In this document: piece by piece, positions 1-9,216 of the stretch
How positions within the stretch are numbered: the first letter of the stretch is position 1
How the letters are laid out: every line of letters starts with the position of its first letter
IMG/VR virus record: IMGVR_UViG_3300037761_000215
Span: 1-49,915 of that record
Direction: 5' to 3' (one strand)
Length of the DNA: 49,915 bases
Origin: a virus
Lineage: Duplodnaviria > Caudoviricetes
Program-made: the position numbers and the translations under genes
Notes under the pieces: model-generated
Told to the model about the DNA's origin: nothing
What the model saw: the letters and a program-made list of their open reading frames with translations, nothing else
Databases searched by the model: none

Positions 1-86
1 GCCATGCGGCTACCTCCCCCTCCGTGACCCCCCGTGTCCCCTCCGTAGTGGACGCACCCCCGCGCGCGATACGTCAGGATGACGAC

Positions 87-512
87 ATGCCACCGAAGCG
101 TCAGCTGAAGGCGGTCCCCGACCAGCCAACCCGCGAGCCCGCTCCCGACCTTCGCGATGCGGTCCGCACCGCCGTGGAGGCGATGGACTGGCTGAAGGAC
201 ACCGATGCGGCCATGAGGGCGCTGGCGCTGCGGCAGGCCGAGGAGATCGAGAAGTCGGTGGACCGGGCCGCGGAGCTGGCGGAGCTGCGGCGGGAGCTGG
301 CCGCCGACGACTCGGCGCTCAAGCGGCTGCGGCTGCTGGAGGCGCAGTGCGACCTGACCAAGACCGTCGGGTGGCTGGGTCCGCAGCTGCAGGGGGTGCT
401 GCGTGACCTCGGGGGGGCGCCGGCGGCGCGCAAGGCGATGAGACCGGACAAGCCGATCGGAGGCCGCCTTGCCGAGCTTCGCGCTGCCGCTGAGAGGGAA
501 GATCACACCTAG
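87..512 (+). CDS. terS: Terminase small subunit
   Basis: Helical ~141-aa ORF directly upstream of and overlapping TerL; 'LGPQLQGVLRDLGGAPAARK' is typical of actinophage TerS. ATG 87 chosen over GTG 24. Confidence 0.8.
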   Translation: MPPKRQLKAVPDQPTREPAPDLRDAVRTAVEAMDWLKDTDAAMRALALRQAEEIEKSVDRAAELAELRRELAADDSALKRLRLLEAQCDLTKTVGWLGPQLQGVLRDLGGAPAARKAMRPDKPIGGRLAELRAAAEREDHT

Positions 513-2079
513 GCTCTGGACCCGCCCGCTGGTGGTCGGGCCGCCGGGGCCGTGCGGTTGTGGTTGCGCACTGTCGCCGCAGACCACCAAGGGTTTCTCG
601 GCGGTGGACTTCTCCCGCGACGTGCTGGGGATTGAGCCGCTGCCGTGGCAGCGTTGGCTGCTGGTCCACGCGTTGGAGCTGCTGCCCGATGGGTCGTTCC
701 GTTTCCGGGTGATCGTGGTGCTAGTCGCCCGTCAGAACGGGAAGACCATGGTCCTGCAGGTCAAGAACCTGTGGAAGATGTTCGTGCTGGGCGTGCGGCT
801 GGTGATCGGCACGGCCCAGGACCTGGACACCGCGGAGGAGGCCTGGGACGCCGCGGTGGAGATGGTCGAGTCGAAGCCGGAGCTGGACGCCGAGAAGGCG
901 CACGTGGACAAGACGAACGGCAAGAAGGCGCTCAAGCTGACCAACGGTTCCCGGTGGAAGATCGTTTCGACGTCGCGCCGCGGTGGCCGCGGTAAGGCCG
1001 GCGATGACGTGAACCTGGATGAGCTGCGCGAGCACCTTGACTGGCTGGCGTGGGGCGCGATCACCAAGACGACGATGGCTCGGCGCAATGCTCAGATCTT
1101 CGGGTTCAGCAACGCTGGTGATGACCGGTCCATCGTGCTCAACGATCTGCAGGCGAAAGGCCATGCGGCGGCCGCCGGCGCGGCCGGTGCGGACCCACAG
1201 CTCGGCCTGTTCGAGTGGTCGGCACCCGACGACGTCAAGTGCACCTGCGCCCGACGCTCTCCTGATGCCCCGCATGCTGCTCGCTGCCGGTTGCGGGATC
1301 GTGCCGCGTGGGCGCAGGCGAACCCGGCGCTCGGGTACACCATCACCGTTCAGGCCATCGAGTCGGCGCTGGCGACGGACCCGGAGGCGGTGTTCCGGAC
1401 CGAGGTGCTCTGCCAGCGGGTGCCGGATCTGACCGAGGGGATCATCACCGCCGGGCAGTGGGCGAAGCTGCACGACCCGGGCTCCAAGCGCGCCGGGGAT
1501 GTGGCGCTGGGCGCGGACATCTCCCCGCTGCGGGACTACGCGGCGGTGGCGGTGTACGGGCTGCGCGAGGACGAGCTGGGCCACGGGCAGCTGATCGACT
1601 ACCGGCCGGGTACCGAGTGGCTGGTGGGCCGGCTGGTGGAGCTGAAGGATGAGCTGGACCCGGTGGCGATCGGGATGGGCCGCGGCACCTACCAGTCGCT
1701 GAAGGAGGATCTCACCGACGCCGGCATCGAGGTGCCGGAGCTGTGCGAGGTGTCGAAGTGTGCGGATCCGCTGCATCCGAACGAGCCGCACCGCGGGGAC
1801 CTGGCGGTGACCACGGCCACGAGTATGGCCGCGGCGTGCGGGCAGTTGATCGACGCGGTGCGCCAGGGGACGTTGCGGGTGGTGCCGTCCGATGATCTGG
1901 ACGCGTCGGTGACCGGCGCCCGGACCCGGATGTCCGGTGACACGATCGCGTGGGCGCCGCGGGACTCGAAGTCTGATACCGCCCCGGTGGTGTCGGTGAC
2001 GGTGGGGCGTTGGGCGTATGAGACCCGGGCGCATCTGGTGATCGACGCGGATTATGACCTGATGATGAGCGTCTACTGA
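469..2079 (+). CDS. terL: Terminase large subunit
   Basis: Walker A 'VARQNGKT', Walker B 'VNLDELRE', coupling motif 'FSNAG', 'WAQANPALG', RNase-H-like 'LGADISP'. Confidence 0.95.
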   Translation: MPSFALPLRGKITPRLWTRPLVVGPPGPCGCGCALSPQTTKGFSAVDFSRDVLGIEPLPWQRWLLVHALELLPDGSFRFRVIVVLVARQNGKTMVLQVKNLWKMFVLGVRLVIGTAQDLDTAEEAWDAAVEMVESKPELDAEKAHVDKTNGKKALKLTNGSRWKIVSTSRRGGRGKAGDDVNLDELREHLDWLAWGAITKTTMARRNAQIFGFSNAGDDRSIVLNDLQAKGHAAAAGAAGADPQLGLFEWSAPDDVKCTCARRSPDAPHAARCRLRDRAAWAQANPALGYTITVQAIESALATDPEAVFRTEVLCQRVPDLTEGIITAGQWAKLHDPGSKRAGDVALGADISPLRDYAAVAVYGLREDELGHGQLIDYRPGTEWLVGRLVELKDELDPVAIGMGRGTYQSLKEDLTDAGIEVPELCEVSKCADPLHPNEPHRGDLAVTTATSMAAACGQLIDAVRQGTLRVVPSDDLDASVTGARTRMSGDTIAWAPRDSKSDTAPVVSVTVGRWAYETRAHLVIDADYDLMMSVY

Positions 2080-2582
2080 TGGAGCGCGTCGGCCACCGGT
2101 ACCGGGCTGCGATCGAGGCGGCGTACTCGCTGATCCCCGCGGGCATGCACCGGCTGATCCGGCCCCACTTCCTGTGCGCCGTGGACCCGGTGTTCGTGGG
2201 GTTGCACCGCTACGAGGACGCGTCGTTCGGCCGCTCGTACCGCAGCACCGCGCATGTCGCCTACGAGTTCCACCAGACCGGGACTGCCCGGACGAACCGC
2301 CGCACCACCGTCGTCCTGCCGGGGCGCCCGGCCGCACTGGAGCTGCCGGTGTTGGTACACGAGCTGGGCCATGTGCTGGACGCGTCGCTCGGGTTCGCGC
2401 ACCGGGCCGAGCCGGTTGGCGACTACGCCGCGACCGACCGGTTCGAGGCGTTCGCCGAGGCGTTCACGGCCTGGGCCGTGCCGCCGGGCTACGGGTACGG
2501 CGCGCGGAAGGGTCGGCTTTACGCCTCGGATCGGTCCACCGTGGCGCTGTTCGATGACTTGTCGGAGGCGGGTGTGCGGTGA
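2079..2582 (+). CDS. Zinc metallopeptidase (HExxH, anthrax lethal factor/ATLF-like zincin)
   Basis: 'VHELGH' plus downstream 'YAATDRFEAFAEAF'; TGATG overlap with terL. Confidence 0.7.
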   Translation: MERVGHRYRAAIEAAYSLIPAGMHRLIRPHFLCAVDPVFVGLHRYEDASFGRSYRSTAHVAYEFHQTGTARTNRRTTVVLPGRPAALELPVLVHELGHVLDASLGFAHRAEPVGDYAATDRFEAFAEAFTAWAVPPGYGYGARKGRLYASDRSTVALFDDLSEAGVR

Positions 2583-2737
2583 AGGAGATCATCACGGACG
2601 TGCTGGATGCGCTGGGCCTGCTCGCGGTCGCGGCCGGAGCCGGTGCCGGCGCGGCTACCTGGGTGGGCTGGTGGGGTCTGGCGATCTCCGGCGGCATCCT
2701 GGTCGGCGGCTCCCAGTTGGCGGCGAGGCTCGGGTGA
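2579..2737 (+). CDS. Small membrane protein (52 aa) upstream of portal
   Basis: GTGA overlaps at both ends; hydrophobic 'DVLDALGLLAVAAGAG...WWGLAISGGILVGG'. Read by hand, below the ORF-track cutoff. Confidence 0.7.
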   Translation: MKEIITDVLDALGLLAVAAGAGAGAATWVGWWGLAISGGILVGGSQLAARLG

Positions 2738-4017
2738 GCCTGTTCACCCGCGGCCGGCACCGTCGCGTGTCGAAGATCGACGGGCCGCCGCTGTTCGACG
2801 GGGACATCCCGCCGCGCTCGGGCGGCGGCCGCCGCGGCGTGGTGTCGGTCACCTCCGACTCGGCGTTGCGGCACTCCGCGGTGTGGGCGTGCCTGCGGAT
2901 CCGCGCCGACCTGGTCTCGACATTCCCGTGTGATGTGTTCCGCCGGATTCAGGGGCTGCGGCCGGCGGAGGTGCCGAAGCCGGCGGTGCTGGTCGATCCG
3001 GGTGGCGAGCGATGGGACTACCAGGACTGGATGTACGCGAGCCAGGTGGACCTCGACCGGGCGGGTAACGTGCTCGGGCTGGTGACCGAGCGGGACGGGA
3101 TGGGCAAGCCGGCTCGGATCGACCTGCAGGCCCTCGGTGACTGGACGGTGCGGGAGCTGCGGGACAGCGGCGAGCTGCGCTACCGGGTGAAGGGGCGGGA
3201 CTACACCGCGGATCAGGTATGGCATGAGCGGCAATACGTGGTCTCCGGCCTGCCGGTGGGCTTGTCGCCGATCGCCTACGCGGCCTGGTCGGTGTCGGAA
3301 TACCTTTCGGCCCAGCATTTCGCCCTGAGCTGGTTCGCCGGCGGTGGTGTGCCGAAGGCTCGGATGAAGAACACCGCCAAGACGATCCCCCCGGCCGAGG
3401 CGGCGGCCATCAAGCTGCGGTTCGAGGAGACCATGGACCACGGCGGGCTACTGGTCCACGGTCGGGACTGGGAGTACGACCCGCTGCAGAGCCAGCAGAT
3501 GGGCATGGAGTGGTTGGAGGGCCGGAAGTACGGCCTGGCCGACATCTCCCGCTTCCTGGGCGTGCCGGCCGACATGATCGAGGCGGCGGTCAGCGCCGGC
3601 GGCTCGGTCAGGTACGAGAACATCACCAGCCGGCATTTGGACTTCCTGATCCTCCACCTCGGCCCGGCGGTGGCCCGCCGGGAGAAGAACCTGACCAAGC
3701 TGCTGCCGGTGCCCCGGTTCGTCAAGCTCAACACCGACGCGCTGTTGCGGATGGACCCGGAGAAGCGGGCCAAGATGATGGACGAGGCGATCAAGCATCG
3801 CCGGATGACCGTGACCGAGGCGCGGGAGCTGGACAACCGGGCGCCGCTGACCACGGAGCAGGAGGCCGAGTTCGTGCGGCTGTTCGGCACGCCGCGGGAG
3901 CTGCCGGAGCGGGACGGTGCGCGGGTGGCCGAGCCGGAGGGCTGGGAGCGGGTCTCCCCGTTCTCGGCGGTGCCGGCGCCACGGCCGCCCACATTCGATG
4001 CGGTTGACGCATGGTGA
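2734..4017 (+). CDS. Portal protein, HK97 family
   Basis: 'ALRHSAVWACLRIRADLVSTFP', 'GLSPI', 'ISRFLGVP', 'MTVTEARELDNRAP'. GTG 2734 overlaps the preceding stop. Confidence 0.93.
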   Translation: MSLFTRGRHRRVSKIDGPPLFDGDIPPRSGGGRRGVVSVTSDSALRHSAVWACLRIRADLVSTFPCDVFRRIQGLRPAEVPKPAVLVDPGGERWDYQDWMYASQVDLDRAGNVLGLVTERDGMGKPARIDLQALGDWTVRELRDSGELRYRVKGRDYTADQVWHERQYVVSGLPVGLSPIAYAAWSVSEYLSAQHFALSWFAGGGVPKARMKNTAKTIPPAEAAAIKLRFEETMDHGGLLVHGRDWEYDPLQSQQMGMEWLEGRKYGLADISRFLGVPADMIEAAVSAGGSVRYENITSRHLDFLILHLGPAVARREKNLTKLLPVPRFVKLNTDALLRMDPEKRAKMMDEAIKHRRMTVTEARELDNRAPLTTEQEAEFVRLFGTPRELPERDGARVAEPEGWERVSPFSAVPAPRPPTFDAVDAW

Positions 4018-4027
4018 GGAGGCGACG

Positions 4028-5650
4028 GTGAGCCAGAGCATCCACATGCGCCGGCTGCAGGATCTGAAGGACCGGACGGCGGCGCGGATCATCGCCCGGG
4101 CACAGCGCGAGGGCCTGGGCGTGGCCGAGCTGGCCGATGTGCGGCTGCCCTGGTATGCGATCAGCAACCAGGCGGAGGAGTCGGACGAGCCGGTAACGGT
4201 GTGGATCTATGACGAGGTCGGTGGCAGCTTCGGCGTGGACGCGGAGCAGTTTGCCCGGGACCTGGACGAGATCCAGGCGAAGGAGATCCTGGTCCGGGTC
4301 AACTCGCCCGGCGGCGGCGTCTTCGACGGGATCGCGATCTACAACAGCTTGCGGCAGCACCGGGCGCGGATCGTGGTCTCGGTGGACTCGCTGGCGGCCA
4401 GCATCGCCAGCGTGATCGCGATGGCCGGGGATGAGATCCGGATGCACCCGGGCTCGCAGATGATGATCCATGACGCGCTCGGGGTGGAGCGTGGTCACGC
4501 CGCCGACATGGCCAAGATGTCCACCTTCCTGGACCGGCAGTCGGACAACGTGGCCGGGATCTACCGGCGCCGGGCCGGCGGTGAGGCCGCTGACTGGCGT
4601 GAGCTGATGCTGGCTGAGACGTGGTTGTTCGCGGACGAGGCGGTCGAGTTGGGCCTGGCTGACGTGGCGGTTGAGGACGAGCCGGAGCCCCCGGCTGACC
4701 CGGAGGTGAAGGAGCGGATGCAGCATCGGCACGCGTTGACGGACTTCCGGTACGCCGGCCGTCGCGCCGCTCCGGCGCCCCGGCGGCGGGCCGTGGCCAA
4801 GGTCCAGAAGCGGGAGGAGACCATGCCGGTGGCGATTGCGCGGGCCAGCAGTGACGCGGAGCGCCGGCAGGCGGCCGCCGCGCGCCGTGAGGCTTCCGGT
4901 GACCGCTCGGGCCGGGTGACGCGCCGGTCGGCGCCGGTGGGTGTGGGCTCGGCCCGGATCGCGTCGTTCCCGGCCCGGATGCGGACCGAGCTGGTGGAGC
5001 ACAACGGCCAGCGCCGTTACCACCTGCAGGGCCACGCGTCGGTGGTGGACACCCCGTACGAAATGTGGGATGAGAGCGGCCCCTACCTGGAGGTCATCGA
5101 ATTCGGGGCGTTCGATCTGACTCTGGCGGCCGGCCCGGACGTCGCGTTCCTGGTGAACCACCGCGGCGTGACGATGGCCCGGACCACCAACGACTCGCTG
5201 CGGCTGTCGATGGACGACGTAGGCCTGAAGACCGACGCGTGGCTGAACCCGAAGCGCCAGGACGTGTCGGACCTGGTTACCGCGGTGGAGGATGAGGACG
5301 TCACCGAGATGTCCTTCGCGTTCATGTTGGTCGAGGGCCGCTGGAACGGGGACTTTACGGAGTTCCGGATCGGCGAGGCTGACATCGACCGGGGCGACGT
5401 GTCCGCGGTCAACTACGGCGCGAACCCGTGGACCGATGTCAGCGCCCGCTCCGGTGAGGTGCTGGCCGACCTGGACCACCTGCCGGCCGGTGCCGCCCGC
5501 GCGGCGGTGGCCCGCCTGCAGGCGCGGCAGGATGTGACCGCGACGGTGGCGGCCCGGGCGGCCGAGCTCGACCAGGTCGCCGCGGCGGAGCGGGAGGAGC
5601 CCCGGACGGGGCGTAGCATCGCTCACATCGAGGCGTTACTCGAAACGTAG
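4028..5650 (+). CDS. Prohead protease fusion: ClpP-like (S14) domain + HK97-type (S78) domain
   Basis: N-half 'VNSPGG..FDGIAIYNSL', 'LAASIASVIAMAGD', 'MMIHD', 'ETWLFADEAVELGLAD'. C-half 'GHASVVD', 'FLVNH', 'EMSFAF', 'DVSAVNYGANP'. RBS GAGGAGG before GTG 4028. Confidence 0.88.
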   Translation: MSQSIHMRRLQDLKDRTAARIIARAQREGLGVAELADVRLPWYAISNQAEESDEPVTVWIYDEVGGSFGVDAEQFARDLDEIQAKEILVRVNSPGGGVFDGIAIYNSLRQHRARIVVSVDSLAASIASVIAMAGDEIRMHPGSQMMIHDALGVERGHAADMAKMSTFLDRQSDNVAGIYRRRAGGEAADWRELMLAETWLFADEAVELGLADVAVEDEPEPPADPEVKERMQHRHALTDFRYAGRRAAPAPRRRAVAKVQKREETMPVAIARASSDAERRQAAAARREASGDRSGRVTRRSAPVGVGSARIASFPARMRTELVEHNGQRRYHLQGHASVVDTPYEMWDESGPYLEVIEFGAFDLTLAAGPDVAFLVNHRGVTMARTTNDSLRLSMDDVGLKTDAWLNPKRQDVSDLVTAVEDEDVTEMSFAFMLVEGRWNGDFTEFRIGEADIDRGDVSAVNYGANPWTDVSARSGEVLADLDHLPAGAARAAVARLQARQDVTATVAARAAELDQVAAAEREEPRTGRSIAHIEALLET

Positions 5651-5844
5651 GGCCGAGGGTCATACCGGCCTAAGCAGTACCGGCAGTCAGACCGGCAATC
5701 ATCCACAGCACGTAGCACCGCGGACAGCGAGCCGACTCTCAGATCGGTGGCCATCCGCCAGACGCGCACGCCCGCACTCGTACCGGCGGCGCCCGGCGGA
5801 CGCGGAGCAGCCCAACAGCTGACTCTGTGAGGAGCAACCGAATC

Positions 5845-7275
5845 ATGGCAACAATCGAGGATCTGATCCTGTCCATCGAGGTGGAGCAGGAGCAGACGAC
5901 CAAGAAGCGGGATCGTGCGCTGGCCGAGGTGCAGAGCATCCTGGCCCGGGCCAAGGCCGACGGCCGGCCGAAGCTGACCCCTGAGGAGGATGCCGACTGC
6001 GACGCGGCGGTGAACCGCCGCAACCAGGCCAAGGCTGATCTGATCGGCATCAAGGAGAAGATGCGCCGGGCCAAGGAGGCCCAGGATGCCGAACGGGAGA
6101 TCGAGGCCGCGCTGCAGGAACGCAGCGTGGACCCGAAGACCACCGCCGGGGCCAAGCCGGCATACGACCGGGTCGCCCGCGTGGGCAGCGAAGAGCGGAC
6201 CTATCACCCCGGCAACTGCCGTCGTGGCCGCGAGTTCCTGATGGACGTGGTTCGCAACTTCCTCTACCAGGACCCGAGCGCGCAGACGAGGTTGGCGCGG
6301 CACCTGTCGGAGGAGCGGGTCGAGCGGGGCCAGTACATGGAGCGTGCGACCGGCACCGGTGCGTTCGCGGGCCTGACCGTGCCTCAGTACCTGACCGAGA
6401 TGTTCGCTCCGGCGGTGGCCGCACGTAGGCCATTCGCGGACTCGATGACGCCGTTGCCGCTGCCGCCGTCCGGCATGACGGTGAACATCAGCCGGATCAC
6501 CACGCCCACCGCGGTCGGCAACCAGGCCAACGAGAACGACGCGGTGACCGAGCAGGACGCGGACGACACGCTGCTGACCGAGAACGTCCAGACTGCCGCC
6601 GGGCAGCAGACCGTTTCGCGGCAGGCGATCGACCGGGGCACCGGCATCGAAGAGATCACCATGCGGGACCTGCAGCGCCGGTATGCGACCAACCTGGACA
6701 GCACGATCGTCAACCAGGCGACCACCGGACTGCTCGCTGTCGCAACGGACATCACGTGGACCGAGGCCGCACCGACCGGCTCGAAGTTCTACCCGAAGAT
6801 CCTGGAAGGTGCGGCTGCATCCGAGGCGGCACTGTTGGGTCAGGCGGACCCGGATGTCGTCGTGATGCACTCGCGGCGCTGGTACTGGCTGCAGAGCCAG
6901 ATGGTGTCCACCTGGCCACTGATCGGCCAGCCGGGTATCGACCCGCGGCATGGTGGCGAGAACCTGGTCGAGACCTACGGCTCCGGTTTTCGGGGCACGC
7001 TCCCGTCGGGTATGCGGGTGATCGTGGACAACAACATCCCGACAAACATCGGCAGCACTCAGGACACGGTGGCGGTGGTGCCGCGGGACGAGTCGTTCCT
7101 TTGGGAGGACCCGGACGCGCCGCAGTTCATCCGCGCGGAGCAGGCCAAGGCGGCCAACCTCGGGGTGCTACTGGTCCTTTATGGCTACTACGCCTACACC
7201 ATGCGTAGGTACGCGAACAGCCACCAGCAGATCGTCGGGTCTGGACTGACCACGCCGACGTTCGTCGGGACCTGA
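5845..7275 (+). CDS. Major capsid protein (HK97 fold, N-terminal coiled-coil delta/scaffold domain)
   Basis: Follows the protease; N-terminal coiled coil; 'GLTVPQYL', 'QTVSRQAIDR'; RBS GAGGAG. Confidence 0.9.
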   Translation: MATIEDLILSIEVEQEQTTKKRDRALAEVQSILARAKADGRPKLTPEEDADCDAAVNRRNQAKADLIGIKEKMRRAKEAQDAEREIEAALQERSVDPKTTAGAKPAYDRVARVGSEERTYHPGNCRRGREFLMDVVRNFLYQDPSAQTRLARHLSEERVERGQYMERATGTGAFAGLTVPQYLTEMFAPAVAARRPFADSMTPLPLPPSGMTVNISRITTPTAVGNQANENDAVTEQDADDTLLTENVQTAAGQQTVSRQAIDRGTGIEEITMRDLQRRYATNLDSTIVNQATTGLLAVATDITWTEAAPTGSKFYPKILEGAAASEAALLGQADPDVVVMHSRRWYWLQSQMVSTWPLIGQPGIDPRHGGENLVETYGSGFRGTLPSGMRVIVDNNIPTNIGSTQDTVAVVPRDESFLWEDPDAPQFIRAEQAKAANLGVLLVLYGYYAYTMRRYANSHQQIVGSGLTTPTFVGT

Positions 7276-7286
7276 GTCATCTATCA

Positions 7287-7325
7287 GTTGGGTGCGGCTC
7301 AAGGATCTCTTGGGTCGCACCCAGC
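7287..7325 (+). terminator. Stem-loop after the capsid gene (terminator or mRNA stabiliser)
   Basis: gttgggtgcggctcaag-gatct-cttgggtcgcacccagc forms a 17-bp stem with G-U pairs on the + strand. Confidence 0.7.
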
Positions 7326-7355
7326 CGTGGAACTAGCGCAAGGGGTTAAGAAACC

Positions 7356-7682
7356 ATGCCAGATCAGCGAGCCATCACCCTGGGCAAGGTCGTCAGGGCG
7401 GCGACCTCAAGCTCTCCGGCGTACCCGGCGCCAACAGCCTCGCCGGCTCTGTCACCGACCTCCGGCGCCGCTGCCGGCGGGACGGCGGTGACCGTCACCG
7501 GCACCAACCTGTCGGGTGTCGTGGCGGTGCTGTTCGACGACGTCGCGGGTACCGGGCTGAGCGTCACGAGTGACACCTCGGTCGTGGTGACAACCCCAGC
7601 TCATGGCGCCGGGGCGGTGACGGTCACGATCGTCACCCCGGGCGGTGCCGTGAAGAAGACCACCGCGTTCACGTTCAGCTAG
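7356..7682 (+). CDS. IPT/TIG (Ig-like) domain protein, likely capsid decoration
   Basis: 'LSPTSGAAAGGTAVTVTGTNL...VTSDTSVVVTTPAHGAGAVTVTIVTPGG' matches the IPT/TIG pattern. Confidence 0.85.
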   Translation: MPDQRAITLGKVVRAATSSSPAYPAPTASPALSPTSGAAAGGTAVTVTGTNLSGVVAVLFDDVAGTGLSVTSDTSVVVTTPAHGAGAVTVTIVTPGGAVKKTTAFTFS

Positions 7683-7690
7683 GAGTCGCG

Positions 7691-7939
7691 ATGAGCAAGG
7701 AACCGACGCATGTCGTGCAGGCCCGTAACGAGCTGGCCAACGCGGAGGCGTATGGCCAGAAGGATCGGGTGCGCGCGGCGGAGAAGGTGTTGGCCGCGGC
7801 CGGTGTCACCCGGCGTGCGGCGGCCGAGGAGGAGGAGCCGGAGCCGGAGAAGGCGCGCCGGGCCCCGCCGCGTGGGCGGACGGCACCGGCGGCTCACAAG
7901 TCGGTGACCGCCGGCGGGGGTGTCCACGGTGGCCGATGA
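7691..7939 (+). CDS. Hypothetical protein (head module)
   Basis: RBS AGGAG; phage-like codon usage. Confidence 0.7.
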   Translation: MSKEPTHVVQARNELANAEAYGQKDRVRAAEKVLAAAGVTRRAAAEEEEPEPEKARRAPPRGRTAPAAHKSVTAGGGVHGGR

Positions 7940-8045
7940 GCCGGTACCCCCGGAGCCCGAGCGCGTGCCCCAGGTGACCGCTCAGATCAACCTGTCGTTG
8001 GCCACCGGCCAGCCCATCCCCGAGCCGGACCCCGAGGAGGAGTAG
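7929..8045 (+). CDS. 38-aa acidic, proline-rich peptide
   Basis: GGGGGTG RBS then GTG; translates VADEPVPPEPERVPQVTAQINLSLATGQPIPEPDPEEE; fills the gap to the next gene. Confidence 0.55.
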   Translation: MADEPVPPEPERVPQVTAQINLSLATGQPIPEPDPEEE

Positions 8046-8048
8046 CCG

Positions 8049-8531
8049 ATGAAGACGCATATCGCAGGGTTTACCGCGCTAGCTCTCGCTCTGCTGCTGG
8101 TGGGTGGTGCCGCAGTCGCGTCCATCCCAGCTCCCGACGGCACCATCAACGGTTGCCGGCAGGACAGCACCGGAAACCTGAGGGTGATCGATTCCGAAGA
8201 GACCTGTCCGTCTGGCTGGTCGCCGCTCAACTGGCCGTCGCAAGATCGGTACGCCTACTGGGCCGACGGTTACAACGTGGTCATGTCACAGGCAATCGTA
8301 CCCGCCAACACCACCATAACGGTGGCTGCGACGTGTCCGCCTTCGCAAACGGCCATCCATGGTGGTTGGAGTATCGGGACTGATCAGGACGTACGAATCA
8401 GGCGATGGGGGCCATCGGGAGGGAGCCCGCCTGCCGGGTGGTTCGGGCGCTTTACCAACCACGAAGACATCCCCACGACCGGTGCGGTGTCAGTTTTCGC
8501 TAGCTGCGTCGATCTCAATCCCTTTCCGTAG
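8049..8531 (+). CDS. Secreted protein with signal peptide (moron-like)
   Basis: Signal peptide ending AVA; 'IPAPDGTINGC...GNLRVID...C...LNW'; visibly lower GC than neighbours. Confidence 0.75.
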   Translation: MKTHIAGFTALALALLLVGGAAVASIPAPDGTINGCRQDSTGNLRVIDSEETCPSGWSPLNWPSQDRYAYWADGYNVVMSQAIVPANTTITVAATCPPSQTAIHGGWSIGTDQDVRIRRWGPSGGSPPAGWFGRFTNHEDIPTTGAVSVFASCVDLNPFP

Positions 8532-8550
8532 ATCAGGAGACCGATAGCCA

Positions 8551-8886
8551 ATGTCCGACCCGACACTCAGGAACGCGGCCGCCGACGGGGCCGCCGCCGA
8601 CCTGGCAACCAATGCCTGGTACGCCATCGGAGATGGCCCATTGACCGGTGACCAGGTGTCCAACGAGCGGTTGCAGCCTGCGTACAACACCGCGGCCGCC
8701 GGTGTGGCCGCGTTGACCGCCACGCTGAGTTTCACCGGCACCGGCTCGGCCGCAGTGAGCGACCTGCTCGTGTATGACGCGGCTGCCGCCGGCAACCTCC
8801 GGTTCTCGGTGACGCTGGCCGGCGACCCGACCTTCAATGCCGCGGGGGAAATCGAGCTTACTGCCGCACCGATCACCGTCACGTAA
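8551..8886 (+). CDS. Small putative virion protein
   Basis: RBS AGGAG; Ala/Thr/Gly-rich beta-type sequence in the structural operon. Confidence 0.7.
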   Translation: MSDPTLRNAAADGAAADLATNAWYAIGDGPLTGDQVSNERLQPAYNTAAAGVAALTATLSFTGTGSAAVSDLLVYDAAAAGNLRFSVTLAGDPTFNAAGEIELTAAPITVT

Positions 8887-8895
8887 GGAGGAGCC

Positions 8896-9195
8896 ATGGC
8901 CGCTGGGTTCGCTGCATTCACGACGAAGGACGAGATCAACCGGGGGGGTGGCCGGATGGTCTATGCCGGCCGGGAGTTCTTCCGGCTGGTGGCGATGATG
9001 GACGCCTTCCACGCCCCGCTGGGATCGGCCGGGCTTCAGGCCAATTACGGTTTCGATGAGCCGTCCGCCGTCCTGCTCGGATCTGCGATCGGCGACTCGA
9101 AGCAGCTGATGGACATCCGCAATAGCCTGGCGACCCTAGCGGTCGCCAAGGACTTCGATTTCTTCGCGAAGCAGCTGCTCGGTCTCCGGCCGTAG
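8896..9195 (+). CDS. Hypothetical protein
   Basis: Strong RBS TAAGGAGGAG. Confidence 0.75.
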   Translation: MAAGFAAFTTKDEINRGGGRMVYAGREFFRLVAMMDAFHAPLGSAGLQANYGFDEPSAVLLGSAIGDSKQLMDIRNSLATLAVAKDFDFFAKQLLGLRP

Positions 9196-9216
9196 CTCGG
9201 CTGAGGTGGTGCCGCG

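Noticed and set aside
469-2079. Intein in TerL suggested by Cys/His patches
   Set aside because: The insertions are short, protein length is normal, and no splice-junction motifs are visible.
7260-7360. Frameshift or readthrough fusion of capsid to the IPT domain
   Set aside because: An in-frame TAA at 7347-7349 precedes the IPT ATG, and a strong hairpin separates the genes.
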